Source: Sulfolobales archaeon (GTDB lineage: Archaea > Thermoproteota > Thermoprotei_A > Sulfolobales > NBVN01). Taken from it: DNA of 64,000 nt. The notes below the pieces were generated by a model. That model was not told where the DNA came from, did no database searches, and worked only from the letters and a program-made list of their open reading frames with translations. Position numbers and translations under genes: made by a program. Positions 1 to 11,403 of this stretch are shown one piece after another (the first letter of the stretch is position 1; each line of letters opens with the position of its first letter). The DNA lies in NCBI GenBank assembly GCA_038841535.1, contig JAWBTQ010000003.1, positions 32,001-96,000 on the forward strand, written 5' to 3'.

Positions 1-763
1 CTTCACTTAGGTAGTCTATTAATCCTGCCATCACTCTATTAGTAGCTGATAGCTCCTCTACATACCGCTTAACGAGTAGAGAACCGGCACTGAGGTGCTT
101 CAAGACCTCATCAATACCGCGTACTTCTACGACTTCGAGACCGAGAGCTCTACCGAAATCCACTAAGCTTACTGCTGTTCCATTTATCACTACAGAGACC
201 AAGTTACCAGCGGGAACGAAGACCTTCTTAACTAGAGACGATAACGCTATAATTTTCTCAGCCAGATACCCAACAGGACCTATGCTTCCATCCGGCATTA
301 AAATGCCTGTAACTGCGATAGGCTCTCTTACGTTGACCCCTAGGATCGCTAGTGCGAAACCTACTCCAAGCGCTGCACTAAGCGATGGACCTTGCGCTCT
401 AGCAGCAAGCGATCTGACTTGCACGAAGTAGTTGTATTTGCTGAACTCAGTTCCGACTATAGCAGATGCTACTATGGCAGCAACTTTAGCGAAGAGAATG
501 AAGGTTTCGTCAACTAAAGGCTCTGCGTAGATAAAGACGGCTCCACTCCCGCGCGTTACTGCTAGAAGTACTTCAGCGGGGTACCCTGAGACCCTTCCAT
601 CTGTTATAGCAATGCCAGCAGAATATACTGAAACATCAACACACCCCTCCATATCTCCTAGGTATTGGCAGAGCCCGCTACTGAAGCTAGAGAACACTCT
701 GAGGCAGTTAAATACAGAAGAAGCTAGCAACAACACCGCAAAGAAGGCAGTAAGGCGCTTCAA
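1..763 (-). CDS. Archaeal Lon-like S16 serine protease with signal peptide (3'-truncated by window edge; missing from ORF track)
   Basis: Manual translation from TTG at 763: MKRLTAFFAVLLLASS (signal-like) ... QGPSLSAALG (catalytic Ser) ... VTGILMPDGSIGPVGYLAEK (Lon_C motif with Lys). Confidence 0.8.
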   Translation of the reverse strand, partial: MKRLTAFFAVLLLASSVFNCLRVFSSFSSGLCQYLGDMEGCVDVSVYSAGIAITDGRVSGYPAEVLLAVTRGSGAVFIYAEPLVDETFILFAKVAAIVASAIVGTEFSKYNYFVQVRSLAARAQGPSLSAALGVGFALAILGVNVREPIAVTGILMPDGSIGPVGYLAEKIIALSSLVKKVFVPAGNLVSVVINGTAVSLVDFGRALGLEVVEVRGIDEVLKHLSAGSLLVKRYVEELSATNRVMAGLIDYLSE

Positions 764-814
764 TACTTTACCCAACCAGTAGATTTTAAGAAGTAATATA
801 TCCTTTGGGAGAAG

Positions 815-1432
815 TTGAAGGTAGTAGTAGAACACCTAGAAGAATGCCTATCTCCGTGGTTAATGTGTGAGTACAGTTACGTAGTGAAGTTGTTCAAGAA
901 TAGCGTTCTCTTCACTAACGTAAAGTCTTTGCGAGCACAGAGAGCTCTCAAGGAACTAGGAGCGGACGTAGTTGAGGTTAGTGTAGTCGACTTAGTAGCT
1001 AGTAGTAGTTTAAGGCATCCTATAATCTTAGACCCCAAAGCTCGTGAGACCTTAAGCCTCAGTGATCTAGTGAGCGCCGACTCAGTAATTATCGGGGGAA
1101 TAATGGGAGAACACCCACCAAAAGGGCGAACATTCCGTGAAATAACCTCTAGACTTACCTCAAGAGCTAAAGTGAGAAACCTCGGCAAATTTCAGCTGAC
1201 TATCGCTGGTGCCGCCTACGTACTGAAGAGAGTGATGGAAGGCGCTAGGCTGGAATCTCTAGACATAAGGTTCGGACTTGAGTTTACTGTCCCAGTAGGA
1301 AAATACGAGGTAACTATAGAGTTACCATACGCCTTTCCCTACGAGGAAGGGAGGCCGGTACTACCCGAAAATTACTTAGAGACCATAGCAAAGAGGTCAC
1401 TAGCCTACGAGTTAAAACCAAGGTGCTTTTGA
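815..1432 (+). CDS. SPOUT-class SAM-dependent methyltransferase (Sfm1/DUF431-like)
   Basis: EHLE..LSPW...EY, LDP, IIGGIMGEHPPKGRT, LGKFQLTI and LPY motifs. Confidence 0.8.
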   Translation: MKVVVEHLEECLSPWLMCEYSYVVKLFKNSVLFTNVKSLRAQRALKELGADVVEVSVVDLVASSSLRHPIILDPKARETLSLSDLVSADSVIIGGIMGEHPPKGRTFREITSRLTSRAKVRNLGKFQLTIAGAAYVLKRVMEGARLESLDIRFGLEFTVPVGKYEVTIELPYAFPYEEGRPVLPENYLETIAKRSLAYELKPRCF

Positions 1433-1489
1433 CCTACCCTAAAGAGCGCTACTTCAAATACTCAGAAGCTACTACTGAATCGACGCAGA

Positions 1490-2422
1490 CTACTGCTTTA
1501 TAAATTTAACTGCTCGAGTCTCCTTAATTGACTTATACCAGTCTCTAGCGGAAGTATCTACCTCTAAGAACGCTCCTACAGTGTTATAGTAGGGTGGACC
1601 AGTTCGGCTGAAGAGAGTGATCACTTTCCCATTGTGGTTAAGCTTATAGCCTTTAGCACACGGTTCATGACCTCTAATTACTAGCTTTACGTTAAACGTC
1701 TTTACCACCCACTCGGTAATAGGTCGCCCGAAGAGCATTCCAGCACCTCTAGGAGACTCTTGAGCTTCATCGCTGGACTCTATGGGATCGTTCCATAGCA
1801 CCTCAACTACCACGTCACGCGATAGTCCAGCTATAGAGCCTAACAAATACTCCCTCACATTTTGAGTCTTCTTGTACGTCACCGTAGGTAAGCCCCCGTG
1901 AAGTGCTAAGAAGAAGTTCCTAAAGTAAGCTGCTAAGTGGAGCCTCGTAAATATATCATTAACGAAAAACTCGTATATTTTCAACCCCTCACTAATTAAA
2001 TAACGCGATATGAGCTCGTCCGGGAAATCATGTGGTGAAGGCTCGACTATGTCTACTCCTTCGTGGTTTCCTTTGAGCAGAAAGATCGAGTCTGGGTACT
2101 CTCTCTTAAGCTCTAACAAAGTGATAAGCACCTCCAGCTGGCTCTCGCCGCGATCTATATAATCACCTAAAAAGACGATCTTAGTGTTACCACTCTTTAA
2201 GTGCTCCTCATCGTAATTACTCAAAATCGCCTTGAGATCCTCAAGGTTTCCGTGAATATCTCCCACGAAGACGTAGCGTACTTCGTCCTTAAAGGTTACT
2301 ATATCTCCGTATCTCGCCATAGAGTTAGTTAAAACTTCCCGATAATCCTCTAGTCTCGATCTTAGAGACTCTGAGGTTGAAATAATACTGAGAGCTCTAT
2401 CGATGTACTTACTTAGGTCCAT
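1490..2422 (-). CDS. PPP-family Ser/Thr protein phosphatase
   Basis: GDIHG, GDYIDRG, GNHE, HGG, LWNDP, SPRG, RGHE motifs. Confidence 0.9.
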   Translation of the reverse strand: MDLSKYIDRALSIISTSESLRSRLEDYREVLTNSMARYGDIVTFKDEVRYVFVGDIHGNLEDLKAILSNYDEEHLKSGNTKIVFLGDYIDRGESQLEVLITLLELKREYPDSIFLLKGNHEGVDIVEPSPHDFPDELISRYLISEGLKIYEFFVNDIFTRLHLAAYFRNFFLALHGGLPTVTYKKTQNVREYLLGSIAGLSRDVVVEVLWNDPIESSDEAQESPRGAGMLFGRPITEWVVKTFNVKLVIRGHEPCAKGYKLNHNGKVITLFSRTGPPYYNTVGAFLEVDTSARDWYKSIKETRAVKFIKQ

Positions 2423-3860
2423 ATTCTGATAACCTCCTTCTGATTATCTCATTAACGAGCTTGGGGTCGGCCCTACCCCTAGTCTTCCTCATAACTTGAC
2501 CTACAAGGAAATTTATGGCTTTGGGGTCTTTAATAGCGTCTGCTACAGCCTTAGGGTTCTCCTTAAATACTTCATCTACTACTCTCTCTATTTCTTCCTC
2601 TTCTCCGATTGTGGTCAACCCACGTGAAACAAGCTCCTCGGGGTTAATATCTTCAAGCACTGCTAGCCTTACGTAGTCCTTCAGTAGCTTAATGCTTATT
2701 AGTCCATTACTGAAATAGTGAACAAGCTTGCACAGCCTTTCAGTATTTAGTCTACTAATGCCTACAGCTAGCGGTATTCCTGCTTCATCTACCCATCTAA
2801 GGAGGTCATTAACTAAGAGCGACGATATGAGCTTCGGGTTTCCACACACTTTAGAAGAATACTCAAAATGGTCACACAGCTTCTTGTGAAGAACAAGCAC
2901 TGAAGCAACGTAATCACCAACCTCGTACTCCTTCGCAATTCTTCTAGCTCTAGAGTCAGGTAACTCTGGGAGAGACTTTGAAACGAACTCGATAAGATCC
3001 TTACTTATGGGTATAGGAGGTAAGTCAGGGTCGGGGAAGTACCTGTACTCACCCTCAAGTTCTTTAACTCTAGACGTTACGGTTACTCCCTTTTCCTTTA
3101 TCCAATGTCTGGTTTCTCTCTCTATAGTTCCACCAGACTTAATTATGTTGAGCTGGCGAGCGACCTCGTAGTTGAGGGCTTTTTCTAAGTCCTTCGGTGA
3201 GCCGATGTTCTTGATCTCTATCCTAGAACCACCATCTACAGAAACATTCGCATCTGCTCTCATAGCTCCCTCTAGTGACGTATCAGTTATTTCGAGGTGT
3301 TCTAGTATTGAACCCAGCTTCTCTAGAAACACTCTGGCCTCTCTAGGTGAGCGAAAATCCGGTTCTGTGACTATCTCTAGTAGAGCTACCCCAGCTCTAT
3401 TATAGTCTATTAATGAGTATTTACTTCCAAGAACGGACCTCTCTGGGTACACTATTCTACCAGTATCCTCCTCTATATTAACTCTTCTAATTCTGATAGT
3501 CCTAATTTCATTGTCGATCTCTATAGTTACTTCCCCGTTTACTGCTATGGGTGTAAGGCCGTATCTGTCGTATTGAGATATCTGGTAGTTCTTGGGTAAG
3601 TCCGGATAGAAATAGTGCTTTCTTACAAAGAGCAGTTTGTCGTATATCTTACAGTTAAGTGCTAACGATAGTGCGATAGCCTTCTCAAGAGCCGCTTTAT
3701 TGAGAACAGGTAGACTCCCGGGTAAGCCGAGGCACACCGGACACACGTTCGTATTAGGTGGGTTATCTCTGTAGTTACTTGAGCATCTACAAAACAGCTT
3801 AGTCCTTAAGTAAGTTATCTGCGCATGGACCTCGAGTCCTATTACGACACCACTACGCAT
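2409..3860 (-). CDS. gatB: Asp-tRNA(Asn)/Glu-tRNA(Gln) amidotransferase subunit B
   Basis: IGLEVHAQ, KLFC, CPVCLGLPGSLP, HYFYPDLPKNYQISQ, YRYFPDPDLPP. Confidence 0.97.
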   Translation of the reverse strand: MRSGVVIGLEVHAQITYLRTKLFCRCSSNYRDNPPNTNVCPVCLGLPGSLPVLNKAALEKAIALSLALNCKIYDKLLFVRKHYFYPDLPKNYQISQYDRYGLTPIAVNGEVTIEIDNEIRTIRIRRVNIEEDTGRIVYPERSVLGSKYSLIDYNRAGVALLEIVTEPDFRSPREARVFLEKLGSILEHLEITDTSLEGAMRADANVSVDGGSRIEIKNIGSPKDLEKALNYEVARQLNIIKSGGTIERETRHWIKEKGVTVTSRVKELEGEYRYFPDPDLPPIPISKDLIEFVSKSLPELPDSRARRIAKEYEVGDYVASVLVLHKKLCDHFEYSSKVCGNPKLISSLLVNDLLRWVDEAGIPLAVGISRLNTERLCKLVHYFSNGLISIKLLKDYVRLAVLEDINPEELVSRGLTTIGEEEEIERVVDEVFKENPKAVADAIKDPKAINFLVGQVMRKTRGRADPKLVNEIIRRRLSEYGPK

Positions 3861-5304
3861 CTCTTAACACCTCAATGACTCTGGCTAGGTTTAGTATGAA
3901 ACCCTCTGAAAGAGGTGGACCAAATACTTGTATACCAACAGGTAAACCTTCTGAAAAACCTCCTGGAACACTTAGGGCTGGAAGTCCAGCAAGGTTTATT
4001 GGAACAGTGTTTATGTCCAAGCTATAGAGCTTTATGGGATCCGAGATAACCTCACCCACTCGTGGCGGCAGTATGGGAGAAGTCGGAGAGATAGCTAGAT
4101 CGTATACTCCAAACAACTTCATTAACTCTTCATAGAGAAGTCTTCTAACCTTGGCGGCCTTAAGGTAGTATCCTTCATATAGGCCTTCGCTTAAGACATA
4201 TGTTCCGATCAAAATCCTTCTTTTAACTTCGTCGCCAAAACCAAGCATTCTAACTCTCCTATAGACATCTGTCCATAGCTTACCCTCGACCTCGAGTCTG
4301 ACACCGTACTTCAAACCATCGTACCTAGCTAAATTAGAACTGGCTTCCGCCATGGCAATAATGTAGTAGGTTGGTAGCGAGTATTGTAATAGCGGCATCT
4401 TCTTGAACTCTACGCTTAAGCCCCTACTCTCAAGTTTTTCTAGTATCTTGTTAAATACTTTCATAATGCCTTTGTCTACTCCCTCACCAACCATCTCCTC
4501 GATCACTACTATCCTATAGTTTTTCAGAAGGTGATCTACGGCATAGTCCCTGAAACTACCAGTCCTTGCCTTTAAGCTAGTAGAATCACGGGGGTCATGC
4601 CCTGAAATGACGTCAAGCACTACCGCAACATCCTCAACGTATCTAGCCATAGGACCTATTTGGTCTAAACTGCTACCATAAGCTACGAGTCCGTACCTAC
4701 TAACTAACCCATAAGTAGGCTTTATACCGACAGTGCCTGTGTATGCGGCTGGGAGCCTTATTGAACCGCCTGTGTCCGAGCCTAAAGCTACGGTAGCCTC
4801 GCATGCTGCCACAGCTACAGCACTGCCTCCCGAAGAACCTCCCGGCACCCTACTGTAATCCCAAGGATTTAACGTTGGATAAAACGCGCTGTTCTCAGTT
4901 GTAGATCCCATAGCAAACTCATCCATGTTAGTTTTACCTATTACTATGCCTCCAGACTCCTTTATCTTTAATACGACAGTAGCGTCGTAGGGTGGAACAT
5001 AACTTTCAAGCATCTTAGAGCCGCATGTTGTTCTGATACCCTTAGTACTTATGTTGTCTTTTAATGCTACGAGAGCCCCTCCCAAGGGTCCGATTTCTTT
5101 AGACTTTAGCAATCTTTCAGCTTCATTTACTACTTCACTCTTTGGTCTCAAGGTTATGTAAGCTCTGAGTCTATGCTCGTGTCTTTCAATAACTCTGTAA
5201 ACTTCATCAATGTACTTAAAAAGGAAATCCGGGTCTTCAACTACCCTCTCCCTTAAAGTCTTGATCGATATAGATGATACTTGAGTGCATTGAGGCGAGA
5301 ACAT
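3853..5304 (-). CDS. gatA: Amidotransferase subunit A
   Basis: Amidase signature GKTNMDEFAMGS, GGSSGGS, GSDTGGSIR; ASSNLARYDG. Confidence 0.97.
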   Translation of the reverse strand: MFSPQCTQVSSISIKTLRERVVEDPDFLFKYIDEVYRVIERHEHRLRAYITLRPKSEVVNEAERLLKSKEIGPLGGALVALKDNISTKGIRTTCGSKMLESYVPPYDATVVLKIKESGGIVIGKTNMDEFAMGSTTENSAFYPTLNPWDYSRVPGGSSGGSAVAVAACEATVALGSDTGGSIRLPAAYTGTVGIKPTYGLVSRYGLVAYGSSLDQIGPMARYVEDVAVVLDVISGHDPRDSTSLKARTGSFRDYAVDHLLKNYRIVVIEEMVGEGVDKGIMKVFNKILEKLESRGLSVEFKKMPLLQYSLPTYYIIAMAEASSNLARYDGLKYGVRLEVEGKLWTDVYRRVRMLGFGDEVKRRILIGTYVLSEGLYEGYYLKAAKVRRLLYEELMKLFGVYDLAISPTSPILPPRVGEVISDPIKLYSLDINTVPINLAGLPALSVPGGFSEGLPVGIQVFGPPLSEGFILNLARVIEVLRDA

Positions 5305-5308
5305 GCTC

Positions 5309-5602
5309 TCACAGGGTCCTAGGAGATTTTAAGTACCTGTCTTCAAGCCTCTCTCCGACTGGATCTAGTTCTCCGATCCCCATAGACTCAGACTCTAAGT
5401 CGTCCCTCAGGTTGACATCACCGAAAAACGTAGTGTAGAGAGGCTCAACTTCGTCAGGTACACCAAGCTCATTGATCTTGTTGAACATCTCTATTATTCT
5501 CTCTAAGTCACGTGAGAGAGACTCTGCTCTCACCCAGTCTATCTCTATAAGAGCTAGGGCGCTCAGGTGCTTTATCACTTTCTCCCAACTCACCCTACTC
5601 AT
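5309..5602 (-). CDS. gatC: Amidotransferase subunit C
   Basis: 97 aa, HLSALALI..., LRDD, KSPR tail; first gene of the gatCAB cluster. Confidence 0.88.
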   Translation of the reverse strand: MSRVSWEKVIKHLSALALIEIDWVRAESLSRDLERIIEMFNKINELGVPDEVEPLYTTFFGDVNLRDDLESESMGIGELDPVGERLEDRYLKSPRTL

Positions 5603-5932
5603 CCATAATCTATGGTCTTTTCAAGTATTAAGCAAGCATTACGACCGCACTAAGCATGCTAACCAGACCGAACTCGGAAATTCAAACTAGTCGACCCTCA
5701 GCAACATACATAAAATGTTCTTGTCCAAGACAGTGTGGTTCCGAAGTTTATTGAGCTTGAAGCGCCCGCTTTTTGAACTTATTTAGGGAATAAAGGTGGA
5801 GAACTGTATCAAGGCTGATAAGTCTAAGGTCTCAAAACCACCGATACCGCATCAATCTAATTACAATAATCACAGCCTAGAGTATCCGCGTATGCTTATA
5901 ATCTGGGTCGTCGATGTAGTACTGGGAGATGC

Positions 5933-6685
5933 GTGTTTGACGTAGATGAAATGTTTGAGGTGTCTCTCTCACCCGACGACATAGAGTCTATAGCAGAAGC
6001 TCTGAAAGAAATGAAAAACCCGGTCACTCTCTATGTATTTGTAGAGAAAGACAGAAAAAAGTGTAGGTACTGTGATAATACGATCAGGCTAGTCGAGGCT
6101 TTAGCAAGCGCTAGCACTCGCGTCTCAAACCCACCTCTACTTAGTTACGTAATTGCTGAGAGGGGAGTAAACAACGACCTATTTGAAAAATTCGGAGTCT
6201 CGAGAATTCCGTCTATAGCTATGATTGAAGGACATATAAGATACACTGGAATGCCCGCGGGTGAGGAACTGAGGGGGCTTATCGAGACGATCATCAGGTT
6301 AAGCACGGGAGACTCAGGTCTTTCGGAGAGATCAGTGAAGAGGATCTCTGAACTTAAAGCACCTGTGTATGTTGAAGTTATCGTAACACCAACATGTCCT
6401 TACTGCCCCTACGTGGCTTTAATGGCTAATATGATAGCCTACGAAGCTTACAAAGCTGGTAACAAGGCAGTAATATCTGATATAGTGGAAGCTTATGAAA
6501 ACCCCGATATAGCTGACTCATACAACATCATGAGTGTTCCAGCAGTAGCTATAAATAAGCAGATGGCGTTCGTAGGACTACCCTACGAAGAGCAGCTTGT
6601 AGACTTAGTCTACGAGGTATCAATAAAATCTTGGGTAAGAGAGCAGAGGAAGAGGCTTCTAGAGAAAATGCTCAAGGAAGAGTAA
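5933..6685 (+). CDS. Protein disulfide oxidoreductase (two thioredoxin folds)
   Basis: CRYC and CPYC motifs, G.PAG.E, MSVP. Confidence 0.9.
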   Translation: MFDVDEMFEVSLSPDDIESIAEALKEMKNPVTLYVFVEKDRKKCRYCDNTIRLVEALASASTRVSNPPLLSYVIAERGVNNDLFEKFGVSRIPSIAMIEGHIRYTGMPAGEELRGLIETIIRLSTGDSGLSERSVKRISELKAPVYVEVIVTPTCPYCPYVALMANMIAYEAYKAGNKAVISDIVEAYENPDIADSYNIMSVPAVAINKQMAFVGLPYEEQLVDLVYEVSIKSWVREQRKRLLEKMLKEE

Positions 6686-6809
6686 ATGAATTAAACCACA
6701 CATCGTCTGAGATAGAACAGCGAGAGTGGGGGTTCCTCAATATCATTAACCGGTCTTAAAATTTACTCTTTAAATCCGCACACTTCAGTTAACCGCTACC
6801 ACAGCTCCT

Positions 6810-9317
6810 CTAGTACTCACAGGTAGTACAGCCTCCGGTTTCTCCCTCCTTAAGTATGTAAGCTGCTGCTCTAAACTTATCGGGTCTTGCCTCAGCTCTC
6901 TCATCTTTTAGTGTCTCTCTTCTCTCACCAGCAGCTTTTTCCGAAATCTTAACTCCGAAATAGATTACCTGCTTTGACTTAGATTTGTCCCTATATACAG
7001 TAATACCCTTGCAGCCCAACCTCCAAGCTAGTATATACGTCTCCATGACATCTGCCGGAGTAGCCTCGTAGACCATGTTTACAGTTTTACTTACACCAGC
7101 ATCAACCCACTGCTGCCATACTGCTTGGTGATATACGTGGTAATTGGGTGATACGTCGTGAGCTGTTCTAAATAGCTCTCTAAGCTTTCTTGGGAAATAG
7201 GGGTTATGAGCTATAGTTCCAGACTCAGCTACTAACTTCACTAGCTCTTGCTCATCTAGCTCGTACTTCCGTAAAGCATCGAGAAACAGTCTATTCATCT
7301 CGATAAAGGTTCCTACGGTTACTACTCTAGTAAATGCTAGAGCAAATATCGGCTCTATAGAGCTAGACGTCCCAGCTATTATTGATAGTGTACCTGTAGG
7401 TGCTATGGAGAGCAGAGTAGCATTACGCAAGCCGTGAGTGAGCATCATGCTTTCAACTAGACTCCAATCGATGGAGGGCCTACTACGCACTAGCTCCTTT
7501 GCTCGTTCAGATACCTCGCTGAGGTCTAAACCGGCTTTAGCGAACCAGTCATCTATCTTCAACGCTGTCTGCCAGAGAGGCTTGTAGAGCCTCGAATCCC
7601 ATGCCGAAAAAGACCCTTTCTCTTTAGCGAGCTCAATGCTAGCCATGTAAGCACAATAAGCAATGAACTCCGCTATGTGGTACGCTAAGTATATAGCATC
7701 TGGAGAGTCGTATTTTAGCCCCAACTTTATTAGCATGTGGGCCCAGCCCATAACTCCCAGTCCAACCTTTCTCGTTTTCTCAACTGCTAACTGCAACTGC
7801 TTCAGTGGATACTTTGCTACCGATATAACGTTGTCTAAGAACCTAACAGCCGTGTTAACGTCTTCGGCTAGAGACTTCCAGTCAATTACTGGTTTACCTC
7901 TAGAATTCTCTACAACGTACTTCTCTAGGTTTATACTCCCGAGGTTGCAGGACTCCCACTCAAGCAGAGGCTGCTCGCCGCATGGATTCGTGGAGTTAAT
8001 CTTTCCTAGATACCATGTTGGGTGGCGTCTATTTATGGAATCTATGAAGAGAAGACCGGGGTCTCCAGAATCCCATGCCGACTTCACTATAGAATCAAAT
8101 AGTTCTCCGGCATCTACCCACCTAACTATAGCTCCCTCAGCCTCAGCTATCAGAATAGCTTCATCAACAGTTATTAATATGGACTTCTCCAGAGGTACCG
8201 ACCACCCCCACTCTTCAAGCTCCTTCAGTATTATCTCTTGAACCCACTCTTCATTCATGTAGTATCTAGCTTTAACTATAGCGTAGTACCTAGAGTCGTT
8301 TAGTTTCGTCAGGCTAGTCTTCCTTGGGTTTATAAGAGGGACCTTCTGTCCCTTTATAACCGACTCCATAAAGTAGTCATATATTCCCACACTTATATTG
8401 AAGTTCTGTAGGTTTACGTCTTTGAGCTTACCAGACTTTGATAGTATGAATTTCTCGATATCTGGATGCCATACGTGGAGAACGCCCATGTTAGCTCCTC
8501 TTCTTCTGCCTCCCTGCTTTATTATCTCGGTATTGACATCAAACACCTTAATAAAAGAGAGAGGACCGCTCGCCACACCCGCAGTTGAAGCTACCACATC
8601 TCCTTCCGGCCTTAGTTCGCTAAAGTCGAAGCCGCAACCACCACCTTGCTGAAAAATTAGTGATTGAGCTCTGAGAGCATCATAAATACCGTCTCCTTCT
8701 TCAGTTGATATTGCATCACGTACTGGAATAACGAAGCACGCTGAAAGTATCCCGAGCCTGCTGCCTGCGTTCATTAGTGTCGGAGAATTGGGTAAGAACC
8801 TTAGTGATGACATAACCTCATAGAACTTTTTAGCCCAGTGGTCCCTCTGATCCAATCCTTCGACACTTGCTACATAGTTTGCTACCCTCCAGAAAAGCTG
8901 AGACGGTGTTTCTCGCAGTCTTAGAGTAGCAGGATCCTTAACAAGATACCTAGAAACCAGCGTCCTTAAGGAAGCATAGGTTAGAGCTAGGTCTTCGGGA
9001 TTAAGCTCTCTCCATGCGTTTTTGCCATATACATGATTATAGACCCTGGCTAGTAAGTATCTTCTAGCAGCCAGTTCGAATCTTTCATCAACTACTACTC
9101 TCTCTATGAGAGCTTTCTCCACTCTATCCGCTATCTCCTGTGAAGTAATAACTTCTCTTTTCTCGTGTACACCAGATAAAACATCTTTCACTACATCATC
9201 TACGTGCTTTTCGAGCCCTACGGCTTTTAAAGCCTTCTCGATAGACGCTTTAAGCTTCTCTAGACTAAAGGGCTCCACTCTTCCATCAAACTTTGAAACT
9301 GAGACGCCCAGCTCCAC
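6810..9317 (-). CDS. nrdJ: Class II (adenosylcobalamin-dependent) ribonucleotide reductase with ATP cone
   Basis: N-terminal ATP cone, [31 protein letters not shown]-terminal CTTC. Confidence 0.95.
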   Translation of the reverse strand: MELGVSVSKFDGRVEPFSLEKLKASIEKALKAVGLEKHVDDVVKDVLSGVHEKREVITSQEIADRVEKALIERVVVDERFELAARRYLLARVYNHVYGKNAWRELNPEDLALTYASLRTLVSRYLVKDPATLRLRETPSQLFWRVANYVASVEGLDQRDHWAKKFYEVMSSLRFLPNSPTLMNAGSRLGILSACFVIPVRDAISTEEGDGIYDALRAQSLIFQQGGGCGFDFSELRPEGDVVASTAGVASGPLSFIKVFDVNTEIIKQGGRRRGANMGVLHVWHPDIEKFILSKSGKLKDVNLQNFNISVGIYDYFMESVIKGQKVPLINPRKTSLTKLNDSRYYAIVKARYYMNEEWVQEIILKELEEWGWSVPLEKSILITVDEAILIAEAEGAIVRWVDAGELFDSIVKSAWDSGDPGLLFIDSINRRHPTWYLGKINSTNPCGEQPLLEWESCNLGSINLEKYVVENSRGKPVIDWKSLAEDVNTAVRFLDNVISVAKYPLKQLQLAVEKTRKVGLGVMGWAHMLIKLGLKYDSPDAIYLAYHIAEFIAYCAYMASIELAKEKGSFSAWDSRLYKPLWQTALKIDDWFAKAGLDLSEVSERAKELVRSRPSIDWSLVESMMLTHGLRNATLLSIAPTGTLSIIAGTSSSIEPIFALAFTRVVTVGTFIEMNRLFLDALRKYELDEQELVKLVAESGTIAHNPYFPRKLRELFRTAHDVSPNYHVYHQAVWQQWVDAGVSKTVNMVYEATPADVMETYILAWRLGCKGITVYRDKSKSKQVIYFGVKISEKAAGERRETLKDERAEARPDKFRAAAYILKEGETGGCTTCEY

Positions 9318-9354
9318 GATCCCACTGTTGCTTGTTACACTACCTATAAAATTG

Positions 9355-10497
9355 CTACAAGGCTTTATACTTCTCGTACCACATCTCGTAGACTTTTATC
9401 ATCTCTCTATTAACGCTGGGCTTTCGATGCTTAACTACCTCAGCAAAATCCTCCATTCTTATTGACCTAGGCTCTCCCTTACCTCCAACTCCGTCAAAAA
9501 GTTCTCGAACAGTCCTCATGTGGGCTGCTGCTACTATTTCCACGATGTCGCTTGAAGTATACCCATCGAGTATCTCAGAGAGCCTCTCTAAGTCTACAGA
9601 CGGATCTAGCTTAAGGCTCTTGGAGTACATCTTAAGCATGGCTAACCTAGCTTCCTTAGGTGGGAGGGGAACGTAAATTCTCTTCTGAAACCTCCTTATG
9701 AAAGCCTCATCCAGCCTCCATGGCTTATTGGTTGCTGCTACAACGAAAACTAGCTGTTTTGGGTCTATCTTACTATCAAGACCGTCCATCTCCTTTAGAA
9801 ACTGGTTTCTAACTCTAACTTCTCCACCTATTTCCGTTTCGAAAATTCCGAATAGAGAGTCGACTTCGTCGATAAATATTATTACAGGCTTTCCATTCTT
9901 AGCAAGCTCTCTTGCTTTAGTGAAAAGTTTAGAGACTCTCTTCTCTGCTTCACCAAGCCACTTAGACATTATGCTAGCAGCATCTACGCTAATGAAGTAA
10001 CCCTCAATTTCTCCAGCTACTGCCGCCGCTACGTATGTTTTACCGCAGCCCGGAGGGCCGAAGAGGAGTATCCCCTTAGGCCACCCTAGGGGAAAGAGGT
10101 CTGGCCTCTTAGATGGGAATACTATAGACTCCCTGACAGCCTCCTTCACGCTTACCATATCGGCTACGTCACTGAAGGTTACACCAGTTTTCTCGACAAC
10201 TTTAAAGAATCCGTCTAGGTCTTCTGAAGCCTCCGGCCCTCCCCCTGCGGAAATCCTCACTTTACCCAGTAGGCTGTCAAGCTCTGATATCCTTCTTCTA
10301 TACTCTCCAATCCACTGCTTGTATATACTATTAAGACTGTGATCCGGATAAAGCTGTAGGATCTTCTCCAGAACCTCTATAGCTCTCTTGTAGTAGTTAA
10401 TGGCATCAGCATAATTTCCCTCCCTATCACTCATGACTGCTCTTACAGCATAGTTACGTGCTAACCCCTCTAAGTATGTTAGAGATGTTGAACTCAC
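9355..10497 (-). CDS. cdvC: Cell division ATPase CdvC (Vps4 homologue)
   Basis: N-terminal MIT domain plus AAA ([18 protein letters not shown]); follows cdvA-cdvB. Confidence 0.95.
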   Translation of the reverse strand: MSSTSLTYLEGLARNYAVRAVMSDREGNYADAINYYKRAIEVLEKILQLYPDHSLNSIYKQWIGEYRRRISELDSLLGKVRISAGGGPEASEDLDGFFKVVEKTGVTFSDVADMVSVKEAVRESIVFPSKRPDLFPLGWPKGILLFGPPGCGKTYVAAAVAGEIEGYFISVDAASIMSKWLGEAEKRVSKLFTKARELAKNGKPVIIFIDEVDSLFGIFETEIGGEVRVRNQFLKEMDGLDSKIDPKQLVFVVAATNKPWRLDEAFIRRFQKRIYVPLPPKEARLAMLKMYSKSLKLDPSVDLERLSEILDGYTSSDIVEIVAAAHMRTVRELFDGVGGKGEPRSIRMEDFAEVVKHRKPSVNREMIKVYEMWYEKYKAL

Positions 10498-10517
10498 AGT
10501 GTTTCACCTAACTCTGG

Positions 10518-11387
10518 TTAAGGTCTTTGGTAAGATATCGAGATCTTACCTTGCTTTTCTAGATCTAGTAAAGTTTGAATCACGTCGTCCTTACTCACTC
10601 CCAGTTTCTCGGCTACATATCCTACCTCTATGAAGCCTCCGCGCTCTCGCACTACATTCAGAACGAAGTCTGCTATCTGCTCTCGCGAGGCTCCGGCCTT
10701 TTTAGCTTTTGGCTTAGCTAGTGGAACGGCTTCACCTTCAATAGTATTTTTACTCTTGAGAGTTTCCTCAATGACGCTCACATTTCTATCCCTGCCTATG
10801 AGGAGTTCTGGAGGTATTTCTGGGAGTTGTGATAGCTTCTCTTCAACAGATTTTTCGACTTTTGTTAATAACTCTCTAGCTTCTGGAGATATGATGAGGG
10901 CATCTTCTACCTTAACCGGGATAGTATCTGACGTGCCCGCCACTATCTCCCTTGTTTTACTTATAGTAAGCTCAAGGCCTATCGCTAAGTTAGGAGCGAT
11001 ATCACTTACGTAGTCTTTTGCTATGTGAAGTAGTGACGATATGCTGGCCAGGGCTTTAGTTATGTCAGCTACTTCACCAAGGGTTTCTAACCTGAGCTTA
11101 ACTTGCTCAACTATCATCTCAGTGATCATAGCTTTCTTTATGTATCTAGACACTTGAGAAGCTTCATTAGCATAAACTAATGCTCTCTCGTTTTTCTTTT
11201 CGGACTTAGCTACTAGGGCTTCTCTAACTAAGTCCTTATACCTGTTTATCAGTCTCTCGGTGACGTCCCTCACCTCCTTTAGTATCATGTCAAGCCTTAC
11301 TACAAGTTCTGAGAGCTCTACCTGCTTCCCCTTTTTATCACCTGACAACCTCTTCATCAAGAAGCTCATGAAATTAAAAACACTCAA
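10518..11387 (-). CDS. cdvB: ESCRT-III cell division protein CdvB with C-terminal winged helix
   Basis: Snf7-like helices (YANE, EQVKLRLET), MIM2-like LPEIP, C-terminal wH. Confidence 0.9.
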   Translation of the reverse strand: MSVFNFMSFLMKRLSGDKKGKQVELSELVVRLDMILKEVRDVTERLINRYKDLVREALVAKSEKKNERALVYANEASQVSRYIKKAMITEMIVEQVKLRLETLGEVADITKALASISSLLHIAKDYVSDIAPNLAIGLELTISKTREIVAGTSDTIPVKVEDALIISPEARELLTKVEKSVEEKLSQLPEIPPELLIGRDRNVSVIEETLKSKNTIEGEAVPLAKPKAKKAGASREQIADFVLNVVRERGGFIEVGYVAEKLGVSKDDVIQTLLDLEKQGKISISYQRP

Positions 11388-11403
11388 CTTAAGGCACCTC
11401 AGA

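Noticed and set aside
9318-9354. cdvABC-nrdJ as one operon coupling division and dNTP synthesis
   Set aside because: A TTTTATA box lies about 27 nt upstream of the nrdJ GTG, suggesting its own leaderless promoter
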